This document shows, piece after piece, positions 12,132 through 23,789 of a DNA stretch of 49,905 nt. How positions within the stretch are numbered: the stretch's first letter is position 1; every line of letters starts with the position of its first letter. The notes beneath the pieces are model-generated. The model searched no databases. It was not told the DNA's origin and saw only the letters and a list, made by a program, of their open reading frames with translations. The stretch covers positions 1 to 49,905 of the forward strand of contig LXFE01004239.1 in assembly GCA_001929475.1 (NCBI GenBank), in the 5' to 3' direction. This DNA is from Neolecta irregularis DAH-3. Lineage: Eukaryota. The translations under genes and the position numbers were made by a program.

Positions 12132-15100
12132 ATGCAACCACAAGCACCTCAGTCAGATCAACCGGGACCGCGGAACTGTCGCCCTCCTTTGCATATCTCC
12201 CATCGCAGAACTCCATCAGAGTTGACACCGTTTATGAGTATGCGCCCTATCAAGGCACGATTATGCAGACCGGACTAATTATCGTAGTGGAGCAATATAA
12301 CCTGCAAGCTCAAATCCAAGCTCTCCAGACTCAACAGCAGATACTAGAACAGCAACAGCAATATGGCGCGATGCCTCCACCACCCTTTTATGCAAACCAA
12401 CAAGGAATGCAGTATATGCAGCAGCAGCAACAGCAAGGCGATATCAATCGATCTACATCCGGGCCCCACCGTCGAAACTTTAGCGTCCAAGATGCGCCGG
12501 CACAAGGTTTGCCTTCCTACGACCAGTCTATGCACGGCCGGCGTGCAGGCGGGGGTTTTAATCATGCCCGTCGTCACAGTCTTGCATTGACTGAAGCAAA
12601 GCGTGCGGCAGCTCAGCGTCAAGGCCAGCAAACTAGTCAACCTTCAGTCCAACAGTCTCCTTTACTCAGCGGGCAAGCTCAACCGCAAAACCAGCCATTT
12701 CAGTTCCCAACTACCAATCAGCCTGCCGACAGCATATCTCATGGGCCTCCTTCTGCTTCCATGAACCGTCGATACGGAGTTCATGGCCGAAGTCAGAGCC
12801 TTGCTACTTCCAATGAAACTCGATCTTCGAATTTCAGCCAGCAACAGCGAGGAAGCCAAATTTCATTTTTACCTGTACCTCAGTCAAATGGGACAAATGA
12901 GGGTGTCGGTGGGATGAATAGGCAACCAAGCGCTGGCCATTCTCGTCAAAGCTCTCGCAACTTCGATGGAAATTGGAGACAGGCTGCCGCCATGCAACCG
13001 GCTTACGATCAAATTCAGCCTTCGTTTTTTGCACCCGGTCATAGATCACGGGCATCAATGGGCTCGATGGGTCAATTCTCGTTTCCTCCTCAACTAAATA
13101 TGGCACCAGGTGGCATGATTCCAAATTCCATGCTTTCACCTCAGCTCATGCAGCAACAGCAGTTACAGAATATGAACAATCAAAATGGGCAACAACGGAA
13201 GTCTCTATTCGCCCCTTACTTACCTCAAAATACCTTGCCTCAGTTGATCAACGAAGGCAAACTAGTCGCCGGGTTTCTCCGAGTCAATAAAAAGAATCGA
13301 TCGGATGCTTATGTATCGACCGATGTATTGGAAAGTGATATATTCATATGTGGTTCGAAAGATCGAAATCGTGCTCTAGAAGGTGATCTCGTTGCTGTTG
13401 AGCTTCTTGATGTTGATGAAGTATGGAATTCGAAGCGCGAGAAAGAAGAAAAGAAAAAACGCAAGGACGGTAGTGACACTAACGGTGCCGGTCTAAGGCG
13501 GCAAGGGTCCATCCGAAATCGGCCCGAGCCAAAGCGAAAAGATGATGTCGAAGTTGAAGGTCAGTCACTTTTTCTTTCTGAAGAAGATGAAGTCAACGAC
13601 GAGCAAAAGCCTATGTATGCCGGTCATATCGTTGCCGTTATGGAACGAGCCGGTGGTCAGCTTTTTTCGGGTAATCTAGGGTTGCTTAGACCCAGCAGCG
13701 CAGCTACCAAGGAAAAACAAGAAGCTGAGCGGCGAGAACGTGAAGGAGAGCGATCGCTTCGACCCCTAGAAAGGACTAACGACAAACCAAAAATTGTCTG
13801 GTTTAAACCTGTATGCGAGTGTTGCCAAGCGTCTGCTGATCACAACAGACTGACAAACGAGTTCCTCTCATAGCCATTCCAACTGAACAAGCTCCAAAGG
13901 ATTTCGTTGAAAATCATCAAGCATACGCTAATAAAATTTTCGTGGCTTGTATCAAACGATGGCCAATCACGTCTCTTCATCCATTCGGAACTTTAACCGA
14001 AGAACTTGGCGACATGGGCGACCTTGAAGTAGAGACAGAAGCTTTGTTGAGAGATAATAATTTCTCAAATGAACCCTTCTCAGAGACATTAACTCGTCTA
14101 GTCGATCAGGAAGTCAAGATTGAGGAAAGTGAAGATCGAAGAGACTTCACCGCAGAGAAGGTGTTCTCCATCGACCCACTTTCCACCAAAGATCTTGATA
14201 ATGCAGTACACCTCACTGCCCGAGAAGACGGGGTCATCGAAGTTGGAGTTCATATTGCTGACGTCGCTCATTATGTCAAGTATAACTCTCCTGTGGATAG
14301 AGAAGCCAAGAAGCGAGGCGCTGGTGTTTACCTCGTCCAGAGATCGGTACCAATGCTACCGTCTCACCTTTCGGAAAAGGTCGCCAGTTTAGTTCCCGGA
14401 GAAGAGCGACGTTCAGTTTCTCTTCTTTTTGAATCAAAAGATGACGACCTCATCTGTACTTGGATAGGGAAGGCGAAAATTAAGTCTATTGCTGCTTTGA
14501 CATATGACGATGTCCAAGCATTTTTCGATGGGAAATCAGTTGATGTTCGAGGCCTCGAGAAGCAGCTAAGTCTTCTAAATGTGCAACTTTGTCTTTGGAA
14601 AATGTTTAATGTGATAGATCGTTACCGAGAAACTCCGCAACCGACGTTTTAATGCTAGTTCCTTGTCTTTGGGCTCTCTTAGACTGATGTTCGCTCTTGA
14701 TGACGACAGGCCAGTTGAAACGAACGTGTTTGAATCGAAACCGGCCTATCGACTGATTGAAGAGCTCATGCTAAAAGCCAATATGACGGTCGCTCGACGC
14801 ATTTATGAAGCCTTCCCTGACCGTGCTCTTCTTCGAAGGCATCCTGCTCCTATCCAACGAAGATTAGCTGCCTTCGCTGAAAAGGCGAAACGCCTAGGCT
14901 TCAACATCTCTGTTCAGGATGGCGGTTCCCTCCAACGCGGTCTTCTCTCAATCGAGGACCCAGATGTTCGAAAGGTACAAATTTCCTTCTACTGTCGATC
15001 TCATTGTAGGCTATGGAAACCTTTGTTATCAAGGCAATGCATCGAGCCAAGTATTGCCTTTCTACGGTTCACAATGATGATTCCTATTTTCATCACTATG

Positions 15101-16037
15101 CTCTAAATGTTTCTATCTATACTCACTTTACAAGTCCTATTCGAAGATATGCAGACATTGCTGTTCATCGGCAATTGGAAGCTGCATTGAATGGGACTGG
15201 TGGTGAAATTCACCATGAAGAAGCTGATGGTCTTGCCAAGACCATCGAACAACTCAATAACCGAACTGATTGCGCCCACAATGCTCAGGAACAGAGCATC
15301 CATCTTTTCCTTTGTACCATGATCAATAATCTCACCATTCAACATGGTCCCGTCCTCCGAAATTCAATTGTCATTAGCGTTGACCCATCCTCATTTGATG
15401 TTCTAATTCCGGAATTTGGGGTTGAGAAACGTGTTCACTTGGATCAACTTCCACTTGTACGAGCGGAATGGGACGATAGCAGAAAGATCCTTGAATTGCA
15501 CTGGCAAAAGGGTGTTGATACTGCGACCTACGTTCCTGAGGATGAGAAACAAGCAGTCTCGCGTGTTCGAAGTAGCAGCTTGATCAATGTTGAAGATGAA
15601 ATTCAGCGAAAGATGATGGATATTGGTTCATTGACAATAGAAGATGAAACTGCTTTGTTTGATGGCGATGAGGACAGCGCCATTCCTGAAGAAAGTCAAT
15701 CGGAAGCTAGCACCATCCATCCAGATCCTTCCTCGAAATCACCTCTCGTCAAACTCTCAACACGTGCAACTAATCTCACTGATATCTTTTTTAAAGATAC
15801 TCAGCGACGGACTCGTGGAAACTCGATCCCGCCAAAACCAACTGATTTCATGTTCAACGATACTGAAGAACGATCTGATGGGACATGTGTTCAATATATA
15901 AGAGAGCTCTCCCGAGTTCCTGTCGTTGTTCAAGCTGATATCACCAATAAAAGCCCACCTTGCCTGGTATGTTCTCTTGTTAATTCTCTCTCATTATCTA
16001 GCTTATCAAGGCTGTCAACCCATGGCACCCCAGATGA
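12132..16037 (+). CDS. SSD1: Ssd1/Sts5 RNase II-family mRNA-binding protein (multi-exon)
   Basis: N-terminal LHISHRRTPSELTP, several HxRxxS Cbk1-type sites, RKSLFAPYLPQ, DIFICGSKDRNRALEGD, IKRWPITSLHPFGTL and RNB-domain HFTSPIRRYAD. Confidence 0.93.
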
Positions 16038-16591
16038 ATCATATTCGAGGATGCACAGGATCATTATTTGCGCCTTTCATTTAATTTTTTGTCATCATTT
16101 TTTGATATTTGGATTCAATGTCTGCTTTATCACCTTTGTCCTCCTTTTCTGGTCGATGATGGTAAATGGGACGAGTCGGTCTTTATATAACGCATCCAGC
16201 GTTGTGCAGTAGATGAGATCAACTTATTTGTATCCTACCTTGACATATAACAAATTATGTTTCTTATTCATGATGACTTTAACCACATTGAACCATTTAG
16301 GTAGACTTCTAGAGACAACAAAAACACTGGTCAATAGTTCAGGAGTTGCTCACTCTGTGGAAGAATCAGTGTGGCCAACCACTCCACCGACCCCACCCAC
16401 CCACTTACAAAAGCAGTCTACCAGCTTTCCCGGAGGTAGAGATAAAATCTATAACTGAAATAAGAAAAGGTAATACCCGCCATCATCATCCTGGATCCGG
16501 TCAAGGAGGAAAAGGGACAGGTGAGCGGATTGATGGACTTTGTGTTGAAATTTGGTGTGGCAGTCAATATCTTGTCAGCGGTGCCACAAAA

Positions 16592-18987
16592 TCAACTGGA
16601 TTTCATGTTCTTCTTCTCATATACACTAGAGACCACGAATGCAACGAGATCGCGAACGAATGGTGTAGTCTGCATCGGTTGAGAAAAACCATAGAGATCA
16701 AAACCCGTAGGCGAGATAAGTATGCCTGCCACAGCAAGAACAAGTTTTGCTGTCAACATTTCCACATTTGCATGTCTGAAACGATCCTGAGGATCATAAC
16801 GATCATAAGGATCATCAGGGTCATAAGGATCATGAGGATCTTCAGGATCTCGATGACAGGCGCCACCGAGGGGAATCATCAAATTTGAATAGATTTTGGA
16901 ATATTTGAGGCTGGCAGAATTCATATCATATGGCGTAACATTCATCGGAGAGATTTCGTATACGAGTGGTCCATCTCTACTGTCCTGTATCATAATGTAT
17001 GCTCCAGTGAGAGGGAAACCAATGAGTAGGCGCAGATCCTTTCCTTCAAAAAATAAATACTGATCCTCAGCATTAAAATGAGTGCTAACATCGTCACGAA
17101 TATTCCCGCCAAGTATTTGGAGAAAGGTCAAAGCCTGAGTCTCAAAGAACTTTGGAGAAGAGTATTTTTTCGAAGGCACTATCCTTGAATCTGGGCTCGT
17201 GCTAATCATTTGAATAAGCGGCGTTTCTCGAGCTTCCGTAGTTATTCTGCGATGTTTGGGCTTTGGCTCACCATTGGTATTTCGCTCTTTTTGATCTTTG
17301 ACAGTTAACAGAATGTTATTCTCCGTGGTCAATCTCTCAGCATGCCAGTTCTCAAAAGGTAATGAATTTGGGGGTCCCGCATGCATCACAATGTTCTTGC
17401 ATACGAGTAAAAGAGGTAGGTAGAATTTCGGGATGAAATCTGAACCTCGTGGTTCGAATACTCGTGATCCCCCATATTTTTCTAAAATATCCCTGGACCA
17501 CTCTTCTCCCGATTTAATTCTTATATTGTAAGAAAAATCTATCGAATCAAATTTTTGTGATGGCAATGGCGATGCCAGTGATAGCCCAGGCTGAACAACG
17601 TCGCGAATACCATCTTTAATTGTATTGAGCAAGAAAAGACCTTTCTTATAGCGATCTTCGTCGCTATCACCTTGTGATTCCTTTGTTGTAATAATAGATC
17701 CAGGCAGGGTGATTTTCATGGCATCTTCAACTGCAACTGTGCCAACACCTTTCAGTCCTTCGATTCCGTATCCCATGGCACCAAGTATCGCCCTGGTCTT
17801 TGGCCCTATGGAGCCGATAACTGATCGCTTCATTGCGTCCTCTGGGTTCATGGAAGGATTCATCAAATAGTCAGCGTTTTTGTCTTCGATATGTGAGCTA
17901 TCCAAACTCAGACTGATATCTTGACCATTATAAAAATTTGATTTGAAAACCACGTCTCCTTTCTTCGTCCTTGCAAGTTTGAAAGCAGTTGCGGTCTTCC
18001 TGGGAAAAGTTTCATAAGCGTCGCACCAATGTTCGGCTTCACTTCCCCAACGATTGCTTAGCATCCTTGTTAATTCAGTTGTTGTTATCCAATTATCTTC
18101 GAACTTAAACTTGATGAATTTTCCGTACGCAGTGTCATAATGGTCACTGGATATTGTCTTATCATTTTTCTCATCTTTCATATAGTGGGAAATAGGAGGC
18201 CATAACATTTCCTCTCCATCACACCATGAAAGGTGGAAGCCAAGTGTGTGTATCATTTCGTGCATCAGTACTTCAATGTGAAATTTATATAAGCCGCGCT
18301 GCATTAATATTAGCATACTTTGACAAGTTGAACATACCTCGTTCCAACGGCACCGAGGATTGAGAACTATTGTACTATCATATTCCATAAAAGGTGCCTG
18401 CAATGATTTGTATTCCCACTCGAAAAACATATTCTTGACAAGCGGCTGAGGATAGTACCTGAATCGTAAGAAATGTGGGATTTTGCAATGCGCTATAACC
18501 GTATTTCGTTGTCTATATCCAAAACAGGAATAAATGTACCGTGTGTAGACACTCCCATTGCTGAAATGTAAGGCACGGTAGATTATGAAAGAGTACCTTT
18601 TTTACTTTGTAAAAGTTCATCAAAAACGAAAAGCAATTTAATATTTTCATGAATCGAGACGACTTCTGCTATTCGCCTTCCAGCATCGTGGCATACTTCC
18701 AAGAAGTGGGTATTCTCTTGTTCATCATGAGGATGTAGTTCACAAATAATCTTCCCAGTGCTTGGCACAAAGTCACCGAGGGGATCATTTGGTTTTCATT
18801 CGGTAACCTTGAGTAACTTCATTTTATCTTCATCGTTGAATGGTCGACTAGGAAAATGTCTGATATGATTCACAGGGTCATAAACGATCCAAGTTGCATG
18901 CTTGATAGGATCGTAATTGGAACTCCAACTACAGTCTACCAGTCGGAAGAGTAAACCGGCAGATATGCAAAGAATATTGAGTTGCAT
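16592..18987 (-). CDS. Secreted zinc metalloprotease-like protein (HEXXH) with a long unknown C-terminal region; possibly disabled
   Basis: Signal peptide from ATG 18987. Introns 18561-18596 and 18459-18499 restore FIPVLDIDNEIRYYPQPLVK. Also HEMIHTLGF, SSHI...YLM and IGPKTRAILGAMGY. The in-frame TGA at 18796-18798 needs an extra intron or is a nonsense change. Confidence 0.7.
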
Positions 18988-19278
18988 TGTGAGTACTTGA
19001 CCGGTTTGGTCCGTACTCCGCTGAGTCTTAAGGTCGTATAATAGGCGAGGGTTGCTAATTAGTAGTAACCGTTCGTATTAATATACAGTGTTAATCTTAG
19101 CGCGCTAATCGCGCTGGGCGCTACGTATATACCCGTCCTTACGCGCCACCGTCCGGTCATCTGACTGGTCCATGATCCAAAGTCTCGGACTGGGAGGGCG
19201 CCCACAGCTTGTGGCGTCCCTTTGTCTCATCTAGGGTTTGCCGTTGTGTGGGGGCGGTGGGACTTGATAGTCCCCACA
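18988..19278. mobile_element. Solo LTR (291 bp) with 5-bp target-site duplication
   Basis: Ends are TGTGAGTAC...GTCCCCACA (TG...CA, imperfect inverted termini). TGCAT flanks it at 18983-18987 and 19279-19283. Related copies start at 19337 and 28496. Confidence 0.82.
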
Positions 19279-19336
19279 TGCATAAACATATTCAGCTTGG
19301 CATATGGTTTGTATTCTCTAATGGAATACAGGCCTG

Positions 19337-19566
19337 TGTGAGTATCAAACCTCTGTGGTCTGTATTCCGCTGAGTCTTAAGATCGTATAGCAGCCGAGGG
19401 TCGTTAATAGTAATAACCGGTCGTATCAATAAATAGCCGCGTTAGGCGCTAAATAAGTACCCGTCCTCGCGCGCCACTGACAGGTCATCTGACTTGTCCG
19501 CATCCCTCCCTATCTGTTTCTGTCGCCGCTTAGGGTAACCCTAACCCGGATCCGGGTTGTCCCCTA
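19337..19566. mobile_element. Second, diverged copy of the same LTR family (right end uncertain)
   Basis: Starts TGTGAGTAT and shares CCGCTGAGTCTTAAG.TCGTATA, TACCCGTCCT.CGCGCCAC and GGTCATCTGACT.GTCC with 18988-19278. Confidence 0.7.
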
Positions 19567-19699
19567 ATACGGCTTCTCGATTGGGCTCTTCACCACTAAT
19601 TAACTGCATTTGTGAATCATTGGGTGCAGTGTGTCACACGCAGGTTGTAGCTTTAGGTCTATAGCGGTTTGGTAGTTGTTGTAGTTGCTGTAATAGACT

Positions 19700-20290
19700 G
19701 GGATTATATTGGTGAGCCCACCTTCCTGGCTGCCTTGCCTGCCCGCCTCACCAGCCAGTGTCACTGGCCTCTCCCATCGCTCGCGCCTCTTGCGAGTCCT
19801 CTCGTTCCTCCTGTCCTCCCGTTCCGCCCGCCTCTCCTGTCCTGCATATGCCTCCCCTTCCACCCCGCGCATCACATCCCCGGCTCGCCCGTCTCCTGCG
19901 TCCTGTCCCGCCTCGCCTATCCTGCCTCTTCCCTCCCGCGCATCTCTCCCATCTCGCCGATCCCGTCCCGCAAGTCCCTCCCGAATCGCCCGTCTTGTGA
20001 GTCCCTCCCGCCTTGCCAGTCCCGCACATCCCTCCCGCCTCGCCCGTCCCACCCGTGCTTCCTCTCCATTCCCTCCCGCGCATCCTGCGTGTCCCTCCTG
20101 CGCATCCTGCCCGTCCCCCCGGGTCCCGCCCGCCTGTCTCTCCCGTCTCTCCACCCGCCTCACATGCCTCGCCCACCCATCTCTCTCCCCTCTCCCATCT
20201 TTCTGGCCCAACTCACCCATCATTCCTGTCTCCCACACCTGTTTGGCCTATTTGGCCCACCCACCTTGCCAGCCCACTTGTCAGTTCCTT
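19700..20290. repeat. Pyrimidine/C-rich low-complexity degenerate repeat (CCCGTC/CCTCCCG), probably a transposon relic
   Basis: Strong C/T skew with recurring CCCGCGCATC and CCCGTC motifs. The stop-free frames on both strands are explained by composition. Confidence 0.6.
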
Positions 20291-20411
20291 CTTTCCAATA
20301 TTTAAATTAATATGAAGAATTATATACATAATATAGTATTTTGAACCGCTTTTTAACAAATTCCTGCTCTGCTCACCTCTGCCCTGCACTCCATCACCCA
20401 AAATGGTTGTC

Positions 20412-20491
20412 AAGTGTTAGGCCCGGCCTGGCCGGACACTCAGAAAAGCCCATGGGCCGGGCTTATGGGCTTCGGCCCGTCCCCAACACTG
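20412..20491 (-). mobile_element. DNA-transposon terminus-like relic (CAGTGTTG end with GGCCC/GGGCC subterminal motifs)
   Basis: Ends ATGGGCTTCGGCCCGTCCCCAACACTG, nearly identical to the end of 23690-23789. No TSD found. Confidence 0.55.
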
Positions 20492-20615
20492 TTCGCAGAT
20501 ACCTTTTGGCACTTCAGTTGTCTCCATAAGACTTAGACTAGCTTTCTGTCCAACATTGCTACAATAAACGAGCCAATCGCTCTGCTCGAAAAGTACTCAA
20601 CATTTGCACATATCA

Positions 20616-21589
20616 CTACCCGCGCCTTTCCTTCCAAAGATTCCGTAGCACAGTATATAAAGCCTCATACTGATCTAATGATTGAACCATCTGCAATCGT
20701 TGGGAACGTAGTTCATTAACAGTGTCGAAAATCGGATCCCCATCTTCTTCAGATGTAATCGCAGAAAATCTATCCAACAAGGTATTCATAGCGATAAACG
20801 TTCCCGATCGTCCGACCCCAGCAGAGCAATGAATGATAGGTCTTGAATTTTCCAGTTCTTCGTCTGTAACTTTGTTGACTAACTCAATCAAAGCAATCAA
20901 TGAGCCATCATCAGGGGCAGCGTAATCCGCCCATCTGTCAAATAAGATGTGATAGACTTTCTTCGCTTTCTCTCCCCTAGAGAGTTTGATCATTGTGACA
21001 GTGGCTTCGGCCTTTGAATCTCTTCGTTGCTGAAAAGCCATGACACGATATTCAGCAAATTCCATTTTCTCGTCTACCCTTGTGGGCCAATATTGAGCAC
21101 ATTTGTCCCGTCCTCCTTCGTGCGTCTTCGTGAGCATACAGACGAGTCCAACGTGTCGACATTGTTCCCAGACCATCTGCCAAAATCCAGATATCGTTTC
21201 CTCGAGGGGTCCCTGCGGGAATTAGCTCACGTCACCCAAAATAGAAACATAACCTGGGCAGCTATAAACCGGCGTCTCCCAGAATCGATGTAAGAAGCAT
21301 TGATATAGTCATTGTCTCTCCTTGACAATTTGATTCTGTTGCCGTCAAAGCATTTAATATCGCAGTACCGATTCAAACTCTCATTGGCTTCGGCTGTCGC
21401 CGTCCTGGTCGACCAAGGACTTGTTTCGTCATGAGCAGCGGCAAAAATCCGATCTTGTTCTAATTCCCGTATTTCTGTAAATTTGGCTTTAGGTGAGTCA
21501 AGGTTTGGTGATGGAGACTGCTTGAGGAATGCAGGAAGGGGTGTTGAATAGCCCATGATATGTTTGAGCCGAACTGGGAAAGCGGGCAT
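20616..21589 (-). CDS. Classical protein tyrosine phosphatase (Ptp1/Pyp-like), 2 exons
   Basis: NRYCDI, DYINASYI, FIAAQ|GPL, FWQMVWE, KCAQYWP, HCSAGVGRSG and RSQRLQMVQSLDQY. Confidence 0.92.
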
Positions 21590-22058
21590 ATTTCCCTTGT
21601 GGGTGAGACGGTCGTGCTGGTGGAGAAACCACCAACAAGCCAGCTAAATAAACACCAGCAATCTATAAAGCAAAACCATCCAAGCAAGTCCAAGTATGCA
21701 AGTAAAATACCAAGTATGTCCAAGCAAGCAAGTCCAAAGGGCCGAAATATGCAAGCAAGCAAGTCCAAAGTCCAGACTTGGACTTGCTTAATCCAAGTTA
21801 CGAGTTGGTAGGCTTGCACAGTGGGCTTAAGAAAGTGAGGATACAGAGAAATTGCTCTGGCTGCTCCTGAATACTTTGCCGTCTCTCTCAACGGCGATTT
21901 TTGCTTGATGAGTTGATGGGAGCACAAAGGCATAGCAAGCTCGGCCTTGTACAGCAGGCGAACGCCAAAATAGTCAGGCACAAAGATCGTGCTCACTGCG
22001 CCACTGCCGTTATTCCGCTTTCCAGATCAGAATATTTATGTACACAGTGGACTCTACT

Positions 22059-23296
22059 CTAGTCATCAAACACAATCGCAGCCTTGATAGCAACTTTGCT
22101 CTTGATCGCATCGAGGCACTCTTGCCACTGCTCGAGCTTGTACGTCTTGTTGACAATCCCTTCCACTCTGACCTTTCCACTGTCCAGGTAGTTCAGAGCA
22201 GTGGGGAACATGAATGTTTCAGAAAACGACCCGATAATAGTCAGTTCGTCGCCAAATATTTTGCTTGGGGGCCAGGAAACTCGAACATCGTTACCGTACA
22301 CTGCGTAGACCACGAGCTTCCCTCCTCGACGTACATAATTGATACTGTCTTGCAGAATTTTTGCAGATCCAGTAGCTTCAACAACAATATCAAAGCCCTA
22401 CTCGGTCAGAGCGCTCAGGAAAACTGCATGCATGAGGATGGTCTTCGTTCAATTTCTTCCACTGAGCTTCCGGGTGTTTTCGGTCAAGATCAATGTAAAC
22501 ATCGGCTGCATCGAGCTTCCTTGCCAAATCCATCTTTGAACCAGCATTTGCAGCAATGACAACAGTGCAACCGCCATTTTGTTTTAAAAGTTGCGAGAGC
22601 ACGAGACCAGTGGGACCAGCTCCGATCATGAGAACAGATGAACCAAGCTAATCGTCAGTCATTGATAGTAAAAGTTGAAATGAACTTTTGGTGCAATTTT
22701 TTCAAGACCATGAGCAGCACAAGATGCTGGCTCCAAGAGGGTGGCATCAATATCACTCATATTCTGGATTTTGAAGATGTTTTTTGAGGGATAAGCACAG
22801 TATTCAGCGAAGCCGCCGCTCACTGAGTCGTTAAATCAAATTGAAAGGCTAGGGCCTACAAGTAGTTCCATGTCCTGACCAATTTTCGCAGAGCAGAGGT
22901 TGGCCCCGTCGACAGTAGAAGCACTCATCGCACAATTCGGCGTTGTCAGCACATACTCGGTCTCCAATTTTGAATTCCTTGACGTCTGATCCGATGGCAG
23001 CCACAACCCCAACGGTTTCTAAGAGGTCAAATCGGAATAACGGCGAAAGAGAGCGGACCATGGCCAGGAATCAAAGGGAAGGTTGCAATAAATTCACCTT
23101 CATGGATGTGTAAATCGGTCCCGCAGACACCGCATGCCTTCACTTCCCGATTTCAACGGAGATCCAAATAGGCATACCATGTACCTTTGACCAGAACATC
23201 CTTTGGCCTAAGTGTAGGTAGAGGTACTTGGACTAAGGAGTGCTTTCTAGGAGCACTGTATTGGATGGCCTTCATAGTTTTCGGTAACGACAACAT
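22059..23296 (-). CDS. Zinc-dependent MDR dehydrogenase, D-arabinitol dehydrogenase (Ard1)-like, multi-exon
   Basis: [49 protein letters not shown] and GAGPTGLVL. One GC-AG intron at 22398-22431. Confidence 0.88.
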
Positions 23297-23327
23297 GATA
23301 GAGTTACACAGCAAGTAGACGAGGTCA

Positions 23328-23355
23328 TTTATATGAGTCTTAGATAATGACGTCA
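23328..23355 (-). promoter_or_regulatory. TATA box plus perfect CRE (TGACGTCA) upstream of the polyol dehydrogenase
   Basis: ATATAAA on the minus strand at about 23328-23334 and TGACGTCA at 23348-23355 (ATF/CREB-type site). Confidence 0.45.
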
Positions 23356-23689
23356 GTTGCTGAGTACGGCCTGTTACGTAATTGTTTGCCTGATATCACC
23401 CCCGCAGCCCTCTCCGCCCCAACCTCCCCTGCAGCCAGCGGCTAGTGGATGAGGAGATGGGCAGGTGTGTGAGCAAGGTGATGGTGCTTTTCAAGAACAG
23501 GAAAATGTGGACTGCTCAAATGTTTGTGGGGTATATTATGGAGATGGGGTATGTGCTGGGGGGTTAAGTTGCAATCCCTCACAGGTTTAGGAGCATATCG
23601 AATGATTTTCCTAGTGATATCATGGGTCAATGCACCTGCATATCACTGACCTTGGCAAATCAGAATGTGCGAGGTTGAGACAAACCCCG

Positions 23690-23789
23690 CTTCACATGGG
23701 CCCAGGGGTCAGCCTGGCCCGGCCCACGGGCTAGTCTATGGGCCGGGCTTCACAAAAGGCCCATGGGCTTTGGCTCATCCGCAACACTG
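23690..23789 (-). mobile_element. Second copy of the CAGTGTTG-type transposon terminus relic
   Basis: Ends GCCCATGGGCTTTGGCTCATCCGCAACACTG and carries multiple GGCCC/GGGCC motifs. Confidence 0.55.

Noticed and set aside
19600-20315. Several 140-210 aa overlapping ORFs on both strands
   Set aside because: Low-complexity C-rich sequence lacks stop codons, and the translations are not protein-like.
20915-20940. WAD instead of WPD loop in the tyrosine phosphatase, suggesting a pseudophosphatase
   Set aside because: The general-acid Asp, the HCSAGVGR P-loop and the Q-loop are all retained.
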